Origin: Xylographa opegraphella
Taxonomy: Eukaryota
Direction of reading: 5' to 3'
Assembly (NCBI GenBank): GCA_022813865.1
Contig: JALDZX010000037.1
Coordinates: 62,001-126,000, forward strand
Length of the DNA: 64,000 nucleotides
Shown here: piece by piece, positions 14,459 through 27,066 of the stretch
Layout of the letters: each line of letters starts with the position of its first letter
Position numbering within the stretch: the first letter of the stretch is position 1
The notes under the pieces: model-generated
The model's input: only the letters and a program-made list of their open reading frames with translations
Told to the model about the DNA's origin: nothing
Database searches by the model: none
Made by a program: the position numbers and the translations under genes

Positions 14459-14669
14459 TCCACTTTGTCCCACTTAGCACTAGTTCTGGGCCTAGATCGT
14501 GACATACTGCTAGGATACTTTAAGCACCAGATCCCTGCTACTCCCCTCGCCCCGTCCCGGCTTGGTCACGATCAAACTATCGCGAGAAATTGAACGAATC
14601 ATCTTACAGCTAAATCTTCACTTCACGTTCGTCTTCCGTTTTGAAGCCCACGCACGTATAGTGAAGCGG

Positions 14670-14677
14670 TGACGTCA
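14670..14677. promoter_or_regulatory. CRE palindrome TGACGTCA (ATF/CREB-type bZIP site)
   Basis: Exact palindrome in the MCM5/MFS divergent intergenic region. Confidence 0.35.
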
Positions 14678-15109
14678 GTTGCACTCGTGGACGCGTGACT
14701 TCGCTAGCTACCTGTTAGAGCTGCACCACGGTTCTGCATATTACCAGAGTAATCAAGCCGCACACTTTTGTCTCACCCGCCTGAAGGATGTGTGTGGATT
14801 ACTAGGTAGCTATCTACCTGTATCTACCTTAGTGAATGCCAGCCACTATGACGCCGCATTGCACTGCACCTCATTCATCCTGGCAGGCGGCTTGGGCCGT
14901 GCCATGCCAAGTGATGTCATCTCGAATCCTGACTGTTTTTGTTACTCCCGTATGGATGGGATCCAACACCTACCATAATATATCACCGACCAGGGTTTTC
15001 CTCAGATCCAAGTGATTCCTCAACCTTCTCCATCTTGTGACCTTCTTCGGGTGCTGTGATAGTGTTCTCGCTCTTCATGTGTTGACCCTGATACAATCAT
15101 AACGTCGCC

Positions 15110-17049
15110 ATGTCACAATCACAGATCGAGCGCGATTCAGATCGCATACACGTGCAGAACCCCGGTAACGACGGCCGCAAGCTACAACAGGAGTCCTCTC
15201 CTGATGGAGATTCCATAACTCTGAGCGAAAATGGCGATGTTAGTAGCAACGAAGGCAAGGACAAAAGCGGCAATCCAGAAGCCGAGAAACCTCCTCCAAG
15301 ATCGGACGGCAAAATCGAGTTGAAAGAAGACGACTGTTACGACAAACTCGGCTTTACGTTTCCGTCGTGGAAGAAATGGGGAATTCTCAGTGTCATCTTC
15401 GCCGTCCAGTCGTCCATGAACTTCAACGCTAGCATCTATGGCAACGCCGTCCAGCCGATGTCGAAGGAGTTTGGCATCAGTGAGCAAGCGGCCAGGGTTG
15501 GCCAAGCGGTCTTCCTGATAGCCTATGCCTTCGGGTGCGAGTTATGGGCTCCTTGGAGCGAGGAGCTTGGCCGATGGCCTATCATGCAGCTCAGTCTGAC
15601 CCTGGTGAATATTTGGCAAATCCCTTGTGCCTTAGCACCAAATTTCGGCACTATTGTCGTTGGTCGCTTCCTGGGAGGTATCAGTAGTGCTGGAGGTTCA
15701 GTGACTCTCGGTATGGTTGCCGATATGTGGGAGGCGGACGATCAGCAATATGCCGTGGCATTCATCGTCCTCAGTTCCGTCGGTGGCTCTGTTCTGGGGC
15801 CTGTTGTCGGCGCATTTTCAGAAGCATACCAAAATTGGCGATGGATTTTCTGGCTGCAACTTATTTTTGGTGGCGCAGTCCAAGCAATGCACTTCTTCGT
15901 CCCAGAGACAAGGTCAGCAGTCATGGTCGACCGTGAAGCGAAACGGCGCCGGAAAGCTGGCGAGGAGAACCTCTACGGTCCTGGTGAGCTGAAGGAGCAT
16001 CGGTTCTCAGCCAAGGAAATCGTGACTGTCTGGGTTCGGCCATTCGAAATGTTCATTCGCGAGCCAATTGTGCTTTGCCTTTCTCTCCTCAGTGGCTTCA
16101 GTGATGCTCTTATCTTCACTTTCATCGAATCATATCAACCGGTGTACGAGCAATGGGGATTTGGTACCGTACAGCTAGGGCTCGCATTTATACCGTGAGC
16201 AATGTTTCCCTTCATGAACATCCTTTGTTTGGAACAATAGCTCACTTACCTTAGACTGCTGATTGGATACTTCATCTGCTACCTCTCCTTCTTCCCCTTC
16301 ATCCGTCGGCACACACAAATACGCAAAAAGGACCCAGATGCGTTGCAGCCAGAAGCACGGCTCTACTGGCTTCTATGGAGTAAGTGCTACCGACTTCATC
16401 TGATACTTCCGCGCACCACTGACATACTGATTCCTAGTTGCTCCGCTCGAAACAATCGGCCTCTTCGGCTTCGCGTGGACAAGCTTAGGGCCGCCCCACG
16501 TCCACTGGATCGCCCCGATGATATTCTCTCTGCTCATCGCCATGGCCAACGTAAGCACTTCTCCCCTTCACATATACGCAGGAAAACAAGCTCGGCAAGC
16601 CACGCACTGACACTCCCCCACAGTACGGCATCTACATGGCCACAATCGACTACATGATCGCCAGCTACGGACCCTACTCCGCATCCGCCACCGGCGGCAA
16701 CGGCCTGGCCAGAGACTTTTTGGCCGGAATTGCCGCTATGTATGCCACGCCATGTAAGTCCCTAATCCTGCGACTCACCCTCCCCAGATATCGCACCCTG
16801 CTTACAACCCCCACCACAGTCTACAGCAACCTCCCCAAACCATACACGCTCGAGTACCCATCCACGATCCTCGCCTGCATCGCCCTCTGCGTTACGATCC
16901 CCATCTACGTCTTCTACTGGAAGGGGCCCGCCATCCGCGCGCGTTCCAAGTTCGCCCAGACGCTCGCCAGCGATCGCAAGGCGGCCGGTGGCCGGAGGGT
17001 GTCCACCGTGGGCGAGAAGGCCGACGGGGGGCATATGGAGCAGCCATAG
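15110..17049 (+). CDS. MFS drug:H+ antiporter (DHA1 family)
   Basis: FPSWKKW, WAPWSEELGRWP, VGRFLGG, WRW, PETR, RPFEMFIREP, PEARL, YMIASYGPYSASA. About four short introns in the 3' half. Confidence 0.9.
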
Positions 17050-17704
17050 AGCGGGCCGGTGGCGAAGTCTGCTGCGATGGTCACTGGGATTTTAAAACTA
17101 TCACTTGTGCGCTGGCGATAACGGAGTTGGAACTACCACATGTGGAAATGATATTGACAAGGGTTTGAGCGGTAAAATTCACATTGTGGGTTGTGTACAA
17201 TTGGGTCCAGGCAGGTTCGCACAGGTCTACTATGTGCCGCTCAGAAATCTAACGGTGCTTCGGCACCACTGATGGAGATGGATCTCTATTGCTGCTCTCC
17301 CATTGACTGTCTCCAGCGCCTTCCGGTTCATGTGCTCATGCCAGCAATCCGCCCGCGCAGCTCTCCACCATGCATCTCGATTCCACCGGCGTCAGGAGAT
17401 GGCGTAGATTGGATGGCTTTGGCCGCGATCTCTGTGTCGCAACCTGCCGAGATACCTTCCACCTCCCGTCGAGTGCGCCCATGCGGCAGTCTGTAGGAGG
17501 CCGCCGGCATATATAATCCGCACGAGGCCTGGTGTGGGCGCCAAGTGTACCTGCATGCCAGGACACAGGAGGGCAGCGTCATGACAAGGGCGCCCAGAAG
17601 CACAGTCCGCACCGCAGCGCCGACACGCGCTCACCCCCGTTCCCCATCCACGCACGGAAGACCCTCCAAACAACCAACAGCCCACCTCCCCGCCCCCTCC
17701 CACG

Positions 17705-18612
17705 CTACACCCCCCTCCCCCCCTCGCCGTAGGCCCAATACTGCAACCCGAGCGCGACATCGCACGCGGCCTGGAAGCAGCCGCACGCCTTGAACGCCCA
17801 GGGCACCTTGCCGGCGTCGCTGAGGAAGAAGAAGGCCATCTTCAGCGCGTCGCCGAAGAGCCAGTTGGCCAGCACGCTGAGGCGGAAGCCGCGGCACGAG
17901 CGCGCGCGCTGGTTGGCCCGCAGCTGCGGCAGGGGCAGCGTCGCTTCGATGGCGAGCCCCAGCCCGCCCAGCAGCGCGGTGTAGCCCACCGCGGTGGTGG
18001 GGGAGGGGGCCAGGAGGAGGTGCAGCGTGAGGAGGAGGACAGTTAGGAGGAGGAGGAATTGCCAGTAGCTGGTGCTTACCCCGAGGAGGGGGGCCCTGTC
18101 AGCCGCCGAAGTATTCCGCAGACGCGTACGCGTGGGAGTGGACTTACAGCCGCTGGCCCCTCCACCGCCAGAAGCCCCACGGGCGTGAGTCGGCCTTCTC
18201 GTCCCGCAGCGGCAGGGCGGCGCCGCCGCGCCAGCCGGGCCGGTTGTCGAGCGCGACCTTGAGCAGCACGGCCTGCACGGCGAGCATGATGACGGCCTGG
18301 ACCAGCAGGGCGCGGTCGTAGCGGGCGCCGGGCCAGTAGAAGATCTTGAGGATGGAGGCCGTCAGCATGATGAGGGGGATGTCGAGCGCGAAGCCGGCGG
18401 AGGTGCGCGTGCGGTGGATGGCGAGGATCTGGTCCGTGTAGGAGGTGATGGGGGAGAGGATGAGGCTGTTGGGCGCGCCGCGCGAGAGAGAGGGCTGCTT
18501 TAGCTGTTGTTCTTGTTTCTTGTTTCTTGTCGTTGTCGTTTGGGGGGGGGGGCAGAGAGAGTGCTTACAAGATAGGCGCGAAGGCCGCGATCAGGCGGGA
18601 GAGGATGGCCAT
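17705..18612 (-). CDS. PQ-loop repeat membrane protein (yeast Any1/YMR010W, PQLC1-like)
   Basis: Spliced: MAILSRLIAAFAPI|FLILSPITSYTDQI..SAGFALDIPLIMLTASILK..RPWGFWRW|YWQFL..IEATLPLPQL..GFRLSVLANWLFGD..CD. Two introns. Confidence 0.85.
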
Positions 18613-19196
18613 CTTGGTGGGAGAGGTCGGGGTGGGAGAGAGGAAGGGGAAACGCATAGATGGGTGGTTCAAGGCGTTTGTGCCATGGCTGTCGCTTTCC
18701 GGTTTTTGTACAATTGAGCTGGGAGGACCGGCCAATGCTCGCGATAAAATTCGCGGTTTGTTGCATCTGGAGCTCGTGTCATCAAGGACGATGTTATAGG
18801 GCTGAGTGCTGCCAAGAATTTTACCATATTGGTTTCCTTGGCACCACAACTGAAAACATGTGGCTTAAACATGTCTGTTGAAGCAATGGGGCTTAAAGCA
18901 CAGAGTCGAAAAGAGTAAAAAGGACCGCCGATACGCGATCTTAAGTATGGATATCACAAAGGGAAAATATTTTAGTTCAACTATCAACACTTATCTTCTC
19001 CTCATTTTCTATCAAGCGACTTCACAAATGCGTCGCTGCGTTCTGAGAGTATATAGTACGCCACCCCGATGCTGTGTATCGTTCTCCAACTCCGTCGCTG
19101 CCCGGCTCCCACAGTGCTCTGAATACGACGTTGGACGGAAATTGAAGCACGACAAAACAAAACACCTCCCATGCGACCCGTTATTCAGGATCATGC

Positions 19197-21070
19197 TTAT
19201 ATACCGCCCTTCTCCAAATCCCTATCCACATCCCCCCGACTCTCCCTCCGTGCTTCTGCCTCCTGATTATCCTTCACGAAATCAGAGTGCCTCTCCCGAA
19301 TCGGACTCAGTTCCCTGGTCTCCTCCTCTTCTAGAGCTTCTGTCCTCGGATCCGCTCTCTCCGAGTCTTGCACGCCCTTCTCGCCATCGCTCATCTCGCT
19401 ATCGTCCTTGACCTGCATGATCTTCGCCATTTCCTCTTGCGCTATCCGCGAATACTTGCACTTCTTTCGAATTGTCGCCCCGTATTTGTAGAAGAGGAAA
19501 GGGAACGGTACGCACATGAGCGCCAAAAAGGCGGGAATGGTGCTCGCCCAATGAATGCCCAAGTTATCGTACATCTGCACGGTGAAGAGAGGAAAAACGG
19601 TACCAAAGAGGGAGCGGAGAACCGAGGAAGCGGCAAGCACGGAGGCAGCATAGATAGTGTATGCATCGATGAGATAGTTCATGATCGATAGAAAAACGAG
19701 AACCATACCCATACCGAAAGGGACGGTTGCAATTATTGAGACAATCCAGTGGACGGAAGGACCGTTCGTCCAGGCGAACCAAAAGAGTCCCACAGGTAGA
19801 AGAACACAGCCGATAATTGCAGGTGGCAGACGAGCCTCAGGAGGAGCTCCAGTACTAGATCCGTCCGCTTTGGCTTGATCTGCAGCGCGATTGTAACGTT
19901 TGTTGTCAGGAATTGTGTAAATCACTCCACCAAGCATGCCAATTGCAATGCCCACAAAAGCAAGACCGCCGACGCCTTCCGACCAGCCTCGGTTTTCTTG
20001 GTAGACGATCGGCCAGGCCCCAAATGCGAGGTACAATGTGCCATAAATGATCGACATATAGATGGAGAGAAGGAGGACGATGGGCTCAAGACAGAGCAGG
20101 ATCCAGGGTCGGGAAAGGGCAACTTTGAAAGCCATTCTTAGAGAAGGCTTCGTAGACGATAATTCCATCTTTGATCGATAGACCTTGCCTGTCGCTTTGG
20201 AGAGGGCAGCCGCGCGCTTACGCAGGAGGACTGGCGGATATGTTTCTGGGATGGTGAAGGCGCCCAGGAGCCAAAGGCTACCGCTGAAGATAGCAATCAC
20301 CCCTTCGGTCCAGCGCCAGCCTACCGATTCGCCGACAAAGCCTCCAATGATAGGGCCGAGCTGTAAAGTTCGTCAATGGCAGGTTCGCCGGTTGGAAATT
20401 TTGTACTTACAGTAGGTCCCATGAATGGAGCAGCCGCAAAAACAGACATTGCTAATCCCCGCTGAGAAGCAGGAAACATATCGGCGATGACTCCGCCGGC
20501 GTTGGTTAAGGGTGATGAGCCGAACAGTCCACAGAAAAACCGCAGGACGATGAGCGTTTGAATGTTTGGTGAACCTGCGTTGCCGGCGTTGAAAGCGGTA
20601 AAAGCCATATACGTCCCAAAGAACAGGATCTGGCGGCCATATAGCTCCGAGAGCGGGGCCCAAAGCAACGGCCCAAAAGCGAAACCAAGGACAAAGAGCG
20701 AGAGACCCAAGGTGGCAACTTCATCGCTGCAGCCAAACTCCCCGATGACCTGCTCGAGGTCTCCTGTGTAAGCCGAAGAAGCGAACGAGACACAGAGGGT
20801 AGCAAAGGCGACTAGCAGCGTCAAGGTCCACTTCTTCAGCATTGAAAAGTCCATGGGGTTTCGAGGGTCGTGTGGGATGAAGTCGACGACATAAGGATCG
20901 TCGTCGGTACCAGCACCGCGATGCTTATGAGTGAGGACTGCATCGGTGACGAGAGAGTGCGAGAAGACGACTCGCCAATGAGCAGGCTTTGAAGAGTGGG
21001 TAGAGATTGCAGCGTCGGCGTCGTTGACAGTGTGCGAGGAGGTTTCGCTTTCCATGTTGTTTCCCTCCAT
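19197..21070 (-). CDS. MFS drug:H+ antiporter (DHA1, Tpo/Flr1-like)
   Basis: DPRNPMDFS..KKW, WAPLSELYGR, LRFFCG, PETYPPVLL, RPWILL..EPIV, PEARL, YLIDAY. One intron at ~20363-20410. Confidence 0.92.
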
Positions 21071-21783
21071 ATAACGGAAATAAGGGAGTTAAAAACACGC
21101 GCTGATAACGGGAGGCGGGCGCGACCCACGGTTAGGGAGAGAACTAAGTGCAGATCGTTTGAGGTGGGCGTTTGGGTGGAGGGTCAAGCAGAAAATGCTT
21201 CAACAAGCGGACGTGGGGGGGCGGGTTGGGGGAGAGATATATACAAAGAGATTGGTGTTGTTAAAGGTAGGATACTATCTCGGACGTAACGAAGGACTTT
21301 GCACTTCAACGAAAGCTTATTACAGAGCGATAGGGCTCGGAACCGCCAAAAATAATGCCAGCGTGCACAACTTTCACGCACCTCCTCTGACGCAGTGCGC
21401 CGTCATAGCCGAGACTGCAGCTCGGACCGGAGATCGATAGACCCGGCGGAATGCTAGTCCCCATGTGGAATACCGCAGCGCCGAATTGCTTGAACGGCTC
21501 ATTACATGAATCATCTTTCCGAGATCCCTAAGGTACCTTCGTGCCATGCATACGGAGGTACCTGTGATGGGCTCCGGTCAGACTCCAGGCAACGTCAAAA
21601 CTAGTGAACTTGCCCGATGGAAGTGGCTTTCAGAAGCGAAAGGCGATGCTTCACGAATCATTCAATAAAGGAAGAAGTATTATTGTGCTGACAGTAATCA
21701 CGACCGAAGTAGGCTGTGTGGACCTTTCTCGCGATTCATCTAAAGCGGGCGGCCCACATCATGAGTCGGAGTGTCTCAAGGCC

Positions 21784-24294
21784 CTACGTGCATTCCCCCG
21801 TGGAAGTCACTACCTCCGTCTTCTTCTCGCGATCAATGGTAGGCCCGGTGCTACCAGCCTGTTTTTCCACTCCTGCCAATAGACTTCCAGGAACGTAGAT
21901 GCTGGACTCCGCCACGTCGAGCATGGGCTCCCTGCCATCTCGGTCCCCTGTCTTGGCTCCTGTGGCCGCCTTCCGCCCCTCCCGCCTGATGTCCGCTTGT
22001 GCGAGGAGTCCGCCCATCAGGAACGCCACTTCCTGCTTCTCAGGGTTTGGCAACAGACTCGTGCCATGAGGCGCTGGCGCTCGCGTAATCAGCGTACGCT
22101 GCATACCACTCTTCGTTTGGTACCCTGTGCCTGGTCGCTGCAAGATCGTGGTCGAAGGCACGGGTGCAGAACCTTCAGGACTCGTAGCGATATTGACGAG
22201 ACCACCAATTGGCATCTGACTGATCGTAATGCCTCTCCCCCTTCTACTATGTTGAGCTGGCTCTTGAGACCGCAGAGATAGATCGACAAGAGGCTTGTAC
22301 AACGGAGCCGATTTGAGTGGAGCCGGTTCATGGCGTTGCGATGTTGATCGAGCGAGCTCCTTCGATTGAGTTTGAGGTGCAGTACCTGATGATTGTGTAT
22401 GTGGGGCTCCAAATCGTAGACCTGGTGGTTTTCCAAATTGACCGGGAAATAATGTTGTCTCCCCTTGCGCTTTGGGTGAGTGAAACGAGACCGACTGAGC
22501 AAGTATCGCCAGTGGTTCGGTGTCGCTGATGGTAGCGAAATGCTTTGAGAAAGAGGCCGGAGGTGCTGCATGATTCCGAAAAGGTCGCTTTCTTAGAGCC
22601 GCGTCAACCGATATGAGAGCAGACGATTCTGCAACAGGTTTTGTAGGCGAGTCAATCACAATATCGTCCATGGTCTCTGCTGGTATAGACATGCGCATCG
22701 GACGACTCGGAGATTGCTTCGAGTTTCTCTTCTCATGTTTCACTGGTCTATCGACGCTATGAGCCAGGGCCGGTTTTGAGATCAGCTGTCGTTGCCCGTT
22801 CCCCATCACGTGCACCAGATACCAACTTCTCCAATCTTGTACAGCTTTGTACCAAGTCTCTGCAACGACTTTGTCCTTGGTGGAGAAAAAATGTACGAAA
22901 TTAGCCGTTGTCAAGAACATAGCTGACTTTTGTTGGCTTTTGATACCAAAGCATAACTTCTTAGGCGGGCTAAGCTTCTTGGCTTGACGATGTGTCGGGT
23001 TATATAAATCGAAGTCACTCATGTGGCAGATGTTTGTTGTTTCGCCATTATGCTTGGCAAGGACAACTTGACCGTCTTCACGAAGAGTAATTTGCCTCTT
23101 TTCCCATACTCCTGGTTTCTGTGAGTGGTAGATGCTGACTGAAGCTGCGTCGGGCTGTCTGGCCGGTGTGCTTGCGATGCCTAGGCTATTTTCCCCCAAT
23201 CCCGTAAAAGACTGCACAACAAGCAACGAGTTCTGGCTATCAAGATCCCAGCTATTTAGAACATCACGAACATGCTCATATCTTCGAAGAGGCCTCTCGA
23301 GCCCGAGCGGCTTGAAAGATTCCAATAGTACGGCGGAGTTGGTATCGAGGCCTTCGGGAAAGTTTTCGGCAGCAAACTGCAGAACATCGTCTACGGTTGT
23401 TGCAGGTGTAACAGGAACTACAATCGAGGATTTATTGAATTTGACGCGAACGTTCCGCTCGCCAGTATTGACAGCAGAGACTGGAGCATCAATCCCAGGT
23501 AGATTCCTTTGAAGACTTCTCCTCTCAGGGTTTGGAAATTGTGCCTGGTCGAGTTTCTGTGCAGCGGAATCGGCTTTTCTGTGGGCTGTAGATAGGCCTC
23601 TGTGAATATCCTTTGCCTGACCCAACTTCTCCTCAGTAGTGAGCCACTGGGGATTTACCTTCTCGGTCTTCTCATTTCTGATCGACTGATTTGTTCGTTG
23701 ACCGCTTTCTCTGGGCATTTGGTGAAGCCTCCTCTCCCGATTGACTTCACCATTCAGAATAGCGTAAGCCTCACGGTGGGCATCGTCAGATTTTCTTTTT
23801 GCGACACTGTCTTCCAGGCCTTCCGTTGCGTGTAGACCCTGGTTCTGCGAGTCACTCGCGTCAGCGAGATTGAGATCGGCTGCATGCCGTAGAAGTCCGC
23901 GCGGCCCATATCCTTCTTTCCTATCGGTGGGCAATACTTTCGTAGAAATCGCTAGGTCGTTGCCATTCTCTGTATCCGTGATTCCAGTTCTGTGGGCGTT
24001 TGGCGTTGTGTTCCCCTCCAATGGCTGAAGCCTTTCTAGTTTCGTGCTCAAGGCATCGACCCAGCCCGCTTTTCCGGGAGACACACTGGCAATTTGAGAA
24101 AGCCCAGGAAGTCCACTAGAAGGTCGTTTATGCTTGTAACGAGAAGGCTCAGGCCGGGCTCCTGCACCCGCGGTATGAGAGGGCAAAGCTGGAAGCGACG
24201 GTGCCGGCGCATCTTTCAGTGCGGCAATCCTGACCGATCTGTACCGAGAGAACTTCTGTGGAGGTGTCGAAGTCGTCTGCACTTCCGCCGCCAT
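21784..24294 (-). CDS. Intronless 836-aa protein with a central ubiquitin/RA-like plus PH-like region and disordered flanks
   Basis: Long ORF. LLESFKPLGLERPLRRYEHVRDVLNSW (RA-like) precedes WEKRQITLREDG..FGIKSQ..FVHFFS..WYKAVQDWRSW (PH-like C-terminal Trp helix). Confidence 0.75.
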   Translation of the reverse strand: MAAEVQTTSTPPQKFSRYRSVRIAALKDAPAPSLPALPSHTAGAGARPEPSRYKHKRPSSGLPGLSQIASVSPGKAGWVDALSTKLERLQPLEGNTTPNAHRTGITDTENGNDLAISTKVLPTDRKEGYGPRGLLRHAADLNLADASDSQNQGLHATEGLEDSVAKRKSDDAHREAYAILNGEVNRERRLHQMPRESGQRTNQSIRNEKTEKVNPQWLTTEEKLGQAKDIHRGLSTAHRKADSAAQKLDQAQFPNPERRSLQRNLPGIDAPVSAVNTGERNVRVKFNKSSIVVPVTPATTVDDVLQFAAENFPEGLDTNSAVLLESFKPLGLERPLRRYEHVRDVLNSWDLDSQNSLLVVQSFTGLGENSLGIASTPARQPDAASVSIYHSQKPGVWEKRQITLREDGQVVLAKHNGETTNICHMSDFDLYNPTHRQAKKLSPPKKLCFGIKSQQKSAMFLTTANFVHFFSTKDKVVAETWYKAVQDWRSWYLVHVMGNGQRQLISKPALAHSVDRPVKHEKRNSKQSPSRPMRMSIPAETMDDIVIDSPTKPVAESSALISVDAALRKRPFRNHAAPPASFSKHFATISDTEPLAILAQSVSFHSPKAQGETTLFPGQFGKPPGLRFGAPHTQSSGTAPQTQSKELARSTSQRHEPAPLKSAPLYKPLVDLSLRSQEPAQHSRRGRGITISQMPIGGLVNIATSPEGSAPVPSTTILQRPGTGYQTKSGMQRTLITRAPAPHGTSLLPNPEKQEVAFLMGGLLAQADIRREGRKAATGAKTGDRDGREPMLDVAESSIYVPGSLLAGVEKQAGSTGPTIDREKKTEVVTSTGECT

Positions 24295-24881
24295 CTTGAT
24301 CTAATGTGAAAGCGTTGCGGAGATGAAGCCAGAGACATCGCATGTTGGTACGGGAATAACAGCCACGGGAAGTGTGGAACGTCAAAAGCCAAATCCGACA
24401 CGCGACAGGCCTGCAAGGTTCTCGAAGCGCTAAGGAGCCGGCGACAACGTCATATGAGGTACATCCAAGGCTCGTGTACGCCAAGCTTTTACCGCTGAAA
24501 CTGCCTTACCTAAACTATCTTAGGTGACATACTCTAAATGTAGTACGAAAATAGCACGGGAGACTCGTTGTCACTACTACTACTACTATCCCAGGATGTA
24601 CCTCTCAATACCGTCACTTCAAATTGGGCACTCGATCCACTCGTCGGCATGCATGGGCCCAGAAACCCTGGGCCCAGGACAAGTACACCAATTTATCTAC
24701 TAGGTTACCAAAATATACTGCACGGAAAGAAGAGTATCTGAGCAAACTGGTGACCCAGCGTCGTCTCATCTCTGGTGTCATAATGTGCATACATTTTCAA
24801 TTCGACATGATAATGCTGGGTATATAGCATGCTAGCGTAGTGTGTCCAAATCCAACGTTTTGATTTTTGAAGAAATCAACA

Positions 24882-26649
24882 TCAGCCCATCCATTCACTG
24901 CCTTGACTCGCCCTCCGACCATGGAGTGAGCCTGGCCTCCCTCTACCTCCTCCGTCCTCGTTTGGTACAGCTAGGTATCCTCCGAAGCCATTACCCGCGA
25001 GTACACTCTCCTTTGACCGTCCGCTTCCCGAATTGGGACTTCCGGAACGGTCAATACTTGACAGGCTCATCGGTCTTGTAGCACTCGCGCTTCCGCGTCT
25101 GCCATTACACTCACTGGGCAACTCGAGGGTGGTAAGCGACCATTCGGTTTCCATAGTCTCTGGTCGTTTGGTATAAATAGCAAGAGGCGGCAAGAGGCCG
25201 CGTAAGCTCGGCGCCCCAGAAAAAGGCACAACCTGTGATGAGGTGGAATAGATGGAAGAAGTGGTGGAAAAGCGGCTCCATTTGTTGCTTGCAGCGAATG
25301 GAGCATTCGGTAACATAAGAAGAAGTTCTGGCAGCGAAGGGGAGAAGACGTAGAGCTCTCTAAGACATGGAAGAGCGCCAGAGAGCAGTGAATTGGCAAT
25401 GTAGGTATAGTAAGAGTCCGAGGGGGGGTTAGGGGAATGCGAGCACGAGAATATCTCGTAGTGAAGTGTGCAGAGAGCCCGTGATGCAAGAGGAGGAACA
25501 GGTTTTAAAGGGAAAGAGCGTGAAACGATCCCATTGATAACCAGGTGCGCCAGATGAGGGGCACAGGAGAGGACCATATGTAGTTCCTGAGGTAGAACAC
25601 CTGTTGTGGAAAGACTCAGACGTATCAAAATCTCCCGCGTCTCGGGTCGGGAGAGATAAGAGATCAACCCAGAAGCACTTATCTTAGGAGCACGTTCCAA
25701 ATGAAGGGCAGTAAGGGGTGGAAAAGGCGGTAACGAATTGTTTTGTCCGAATATTGAGTCGTCAAGAGAAGATATTTCGCCAAGCTTAACTGCCTGTAAA
25801 GTCGGCAAAGATGCAAGCACATATAGCAGTGTATCAGGTTCGATTTCAAGACCGATCAGCTCCAGGATTTCCAGGTTCTGCCATAACCTTGAATGTACAA
25901 GCAAAGTGAGGCTGCTTTCCGCCCCGGTGTGATATTTCATACTGCAAAGTTCCGGACATCGATGTTGGAGCTCCTGCCTTAAAGTACTGAACGAAGGGTC
26001 ATCACTGAAAAGTCTTTCCGGAAGGTCCACATACCGAAGGTTTGGCAGAACCGAAACAGTACGAGCCAGATCCGCCTTGCAAGTCTCCCTGGTCATATAA
26101 GGCATTTTGAGTATTTGAACGAGCGATGCTAAGTACTCATTCTCCCTCACCGTCCTCGAGATTAACTGTAGTCTTTCTTGTGTCGGATCCTTAGGGTCTC
26201 CATTGCGGTCGAAGAAAGATCGACGCTTCCTCTTGGCTGAAAGCTCGTACTCCTTCTGACAGTAGTGGACAGGATCGAGTCGAACGCTACGGTATCTAGG
26301 CATCAAAAGTGGTTAGAATGATCGTCATCCAATTACCAGAGCTGCCATCAGTTACTCACAGAGTCTTTTGGGCTGTCTCCGCCCACTCATGGCACGCAAG
26401 CGCACAATGGGCCAAATCTCGCATGTTACAAAGCATACAGCCGCCATGTGTCATCGATTCTTCCAAACTGGTATAGGTCTCATCGCCTGTATGTGGACAT
26501 AGGTATGTAAATATATGCCGTAGAACTTTCGCTGGCAAGTGCACTGAAGCTCTTGATTCAGCCCGTCCATATGATTGGCTATAGACATGCGCTTCAGCCC
26601 CATTGCTTTTCAGCTTCGATCGTGACCTGACACGGAATATGTTCCTCAT
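24882..26649 (-). CDS. F-box / leucine-rich-repeat (RNI-like) protein
   Basis: Exon 1 from MRNIFRV (26649) contains LPAKVLRHIF..DLAHCALACHEW. After an intron at ~26293-26358 come YRSVRLD and LxxLxL repeats (LPNLRYVDL, LEILEL, LQAVKL, LTALHL). Confidence 0.8.
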
Positions 26650-27066
26650 AATGTCCAAGAAGTATAGAAATTTTGCTATGATGGGGAGCTCCACATCGAT
26701 ATGGATTTGTGGTCTGATAACAAGTTCAGCCACAAGTTCGCATGCGGGGGAATGAGAACCCCTGTCTAACCACGCGACTGACAACGGGGAATGGAACAAA
26801 CATCGAAACTTATTCCGGAATCCTTTCACACCTACAGAAGCGGGCACTAAAATCGATCAGGGGTAAGTGATTTAAGTCGGTTCTCGAACATGCTCATCAA
26901 TCATCATTTCATGCTTATGAACTAATAAAACTAGCTAGCAGTTGAACTCGATATCTCTCCTCGAAGTTGCCTTCAATTCCACGAGCCCAACCAATCTTGG
27001 AAACCTGAGGACATATTTGTACAGTTCAATCTGACTTCAGAACACATTTCCTGACATAGATACCAA

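Noticed and set aside
17191..18881. Dense stack of overlapping short ORFs on both strands
   Set aside because: Artefact of high GC (few stop codons) over the PQ-loop gene.
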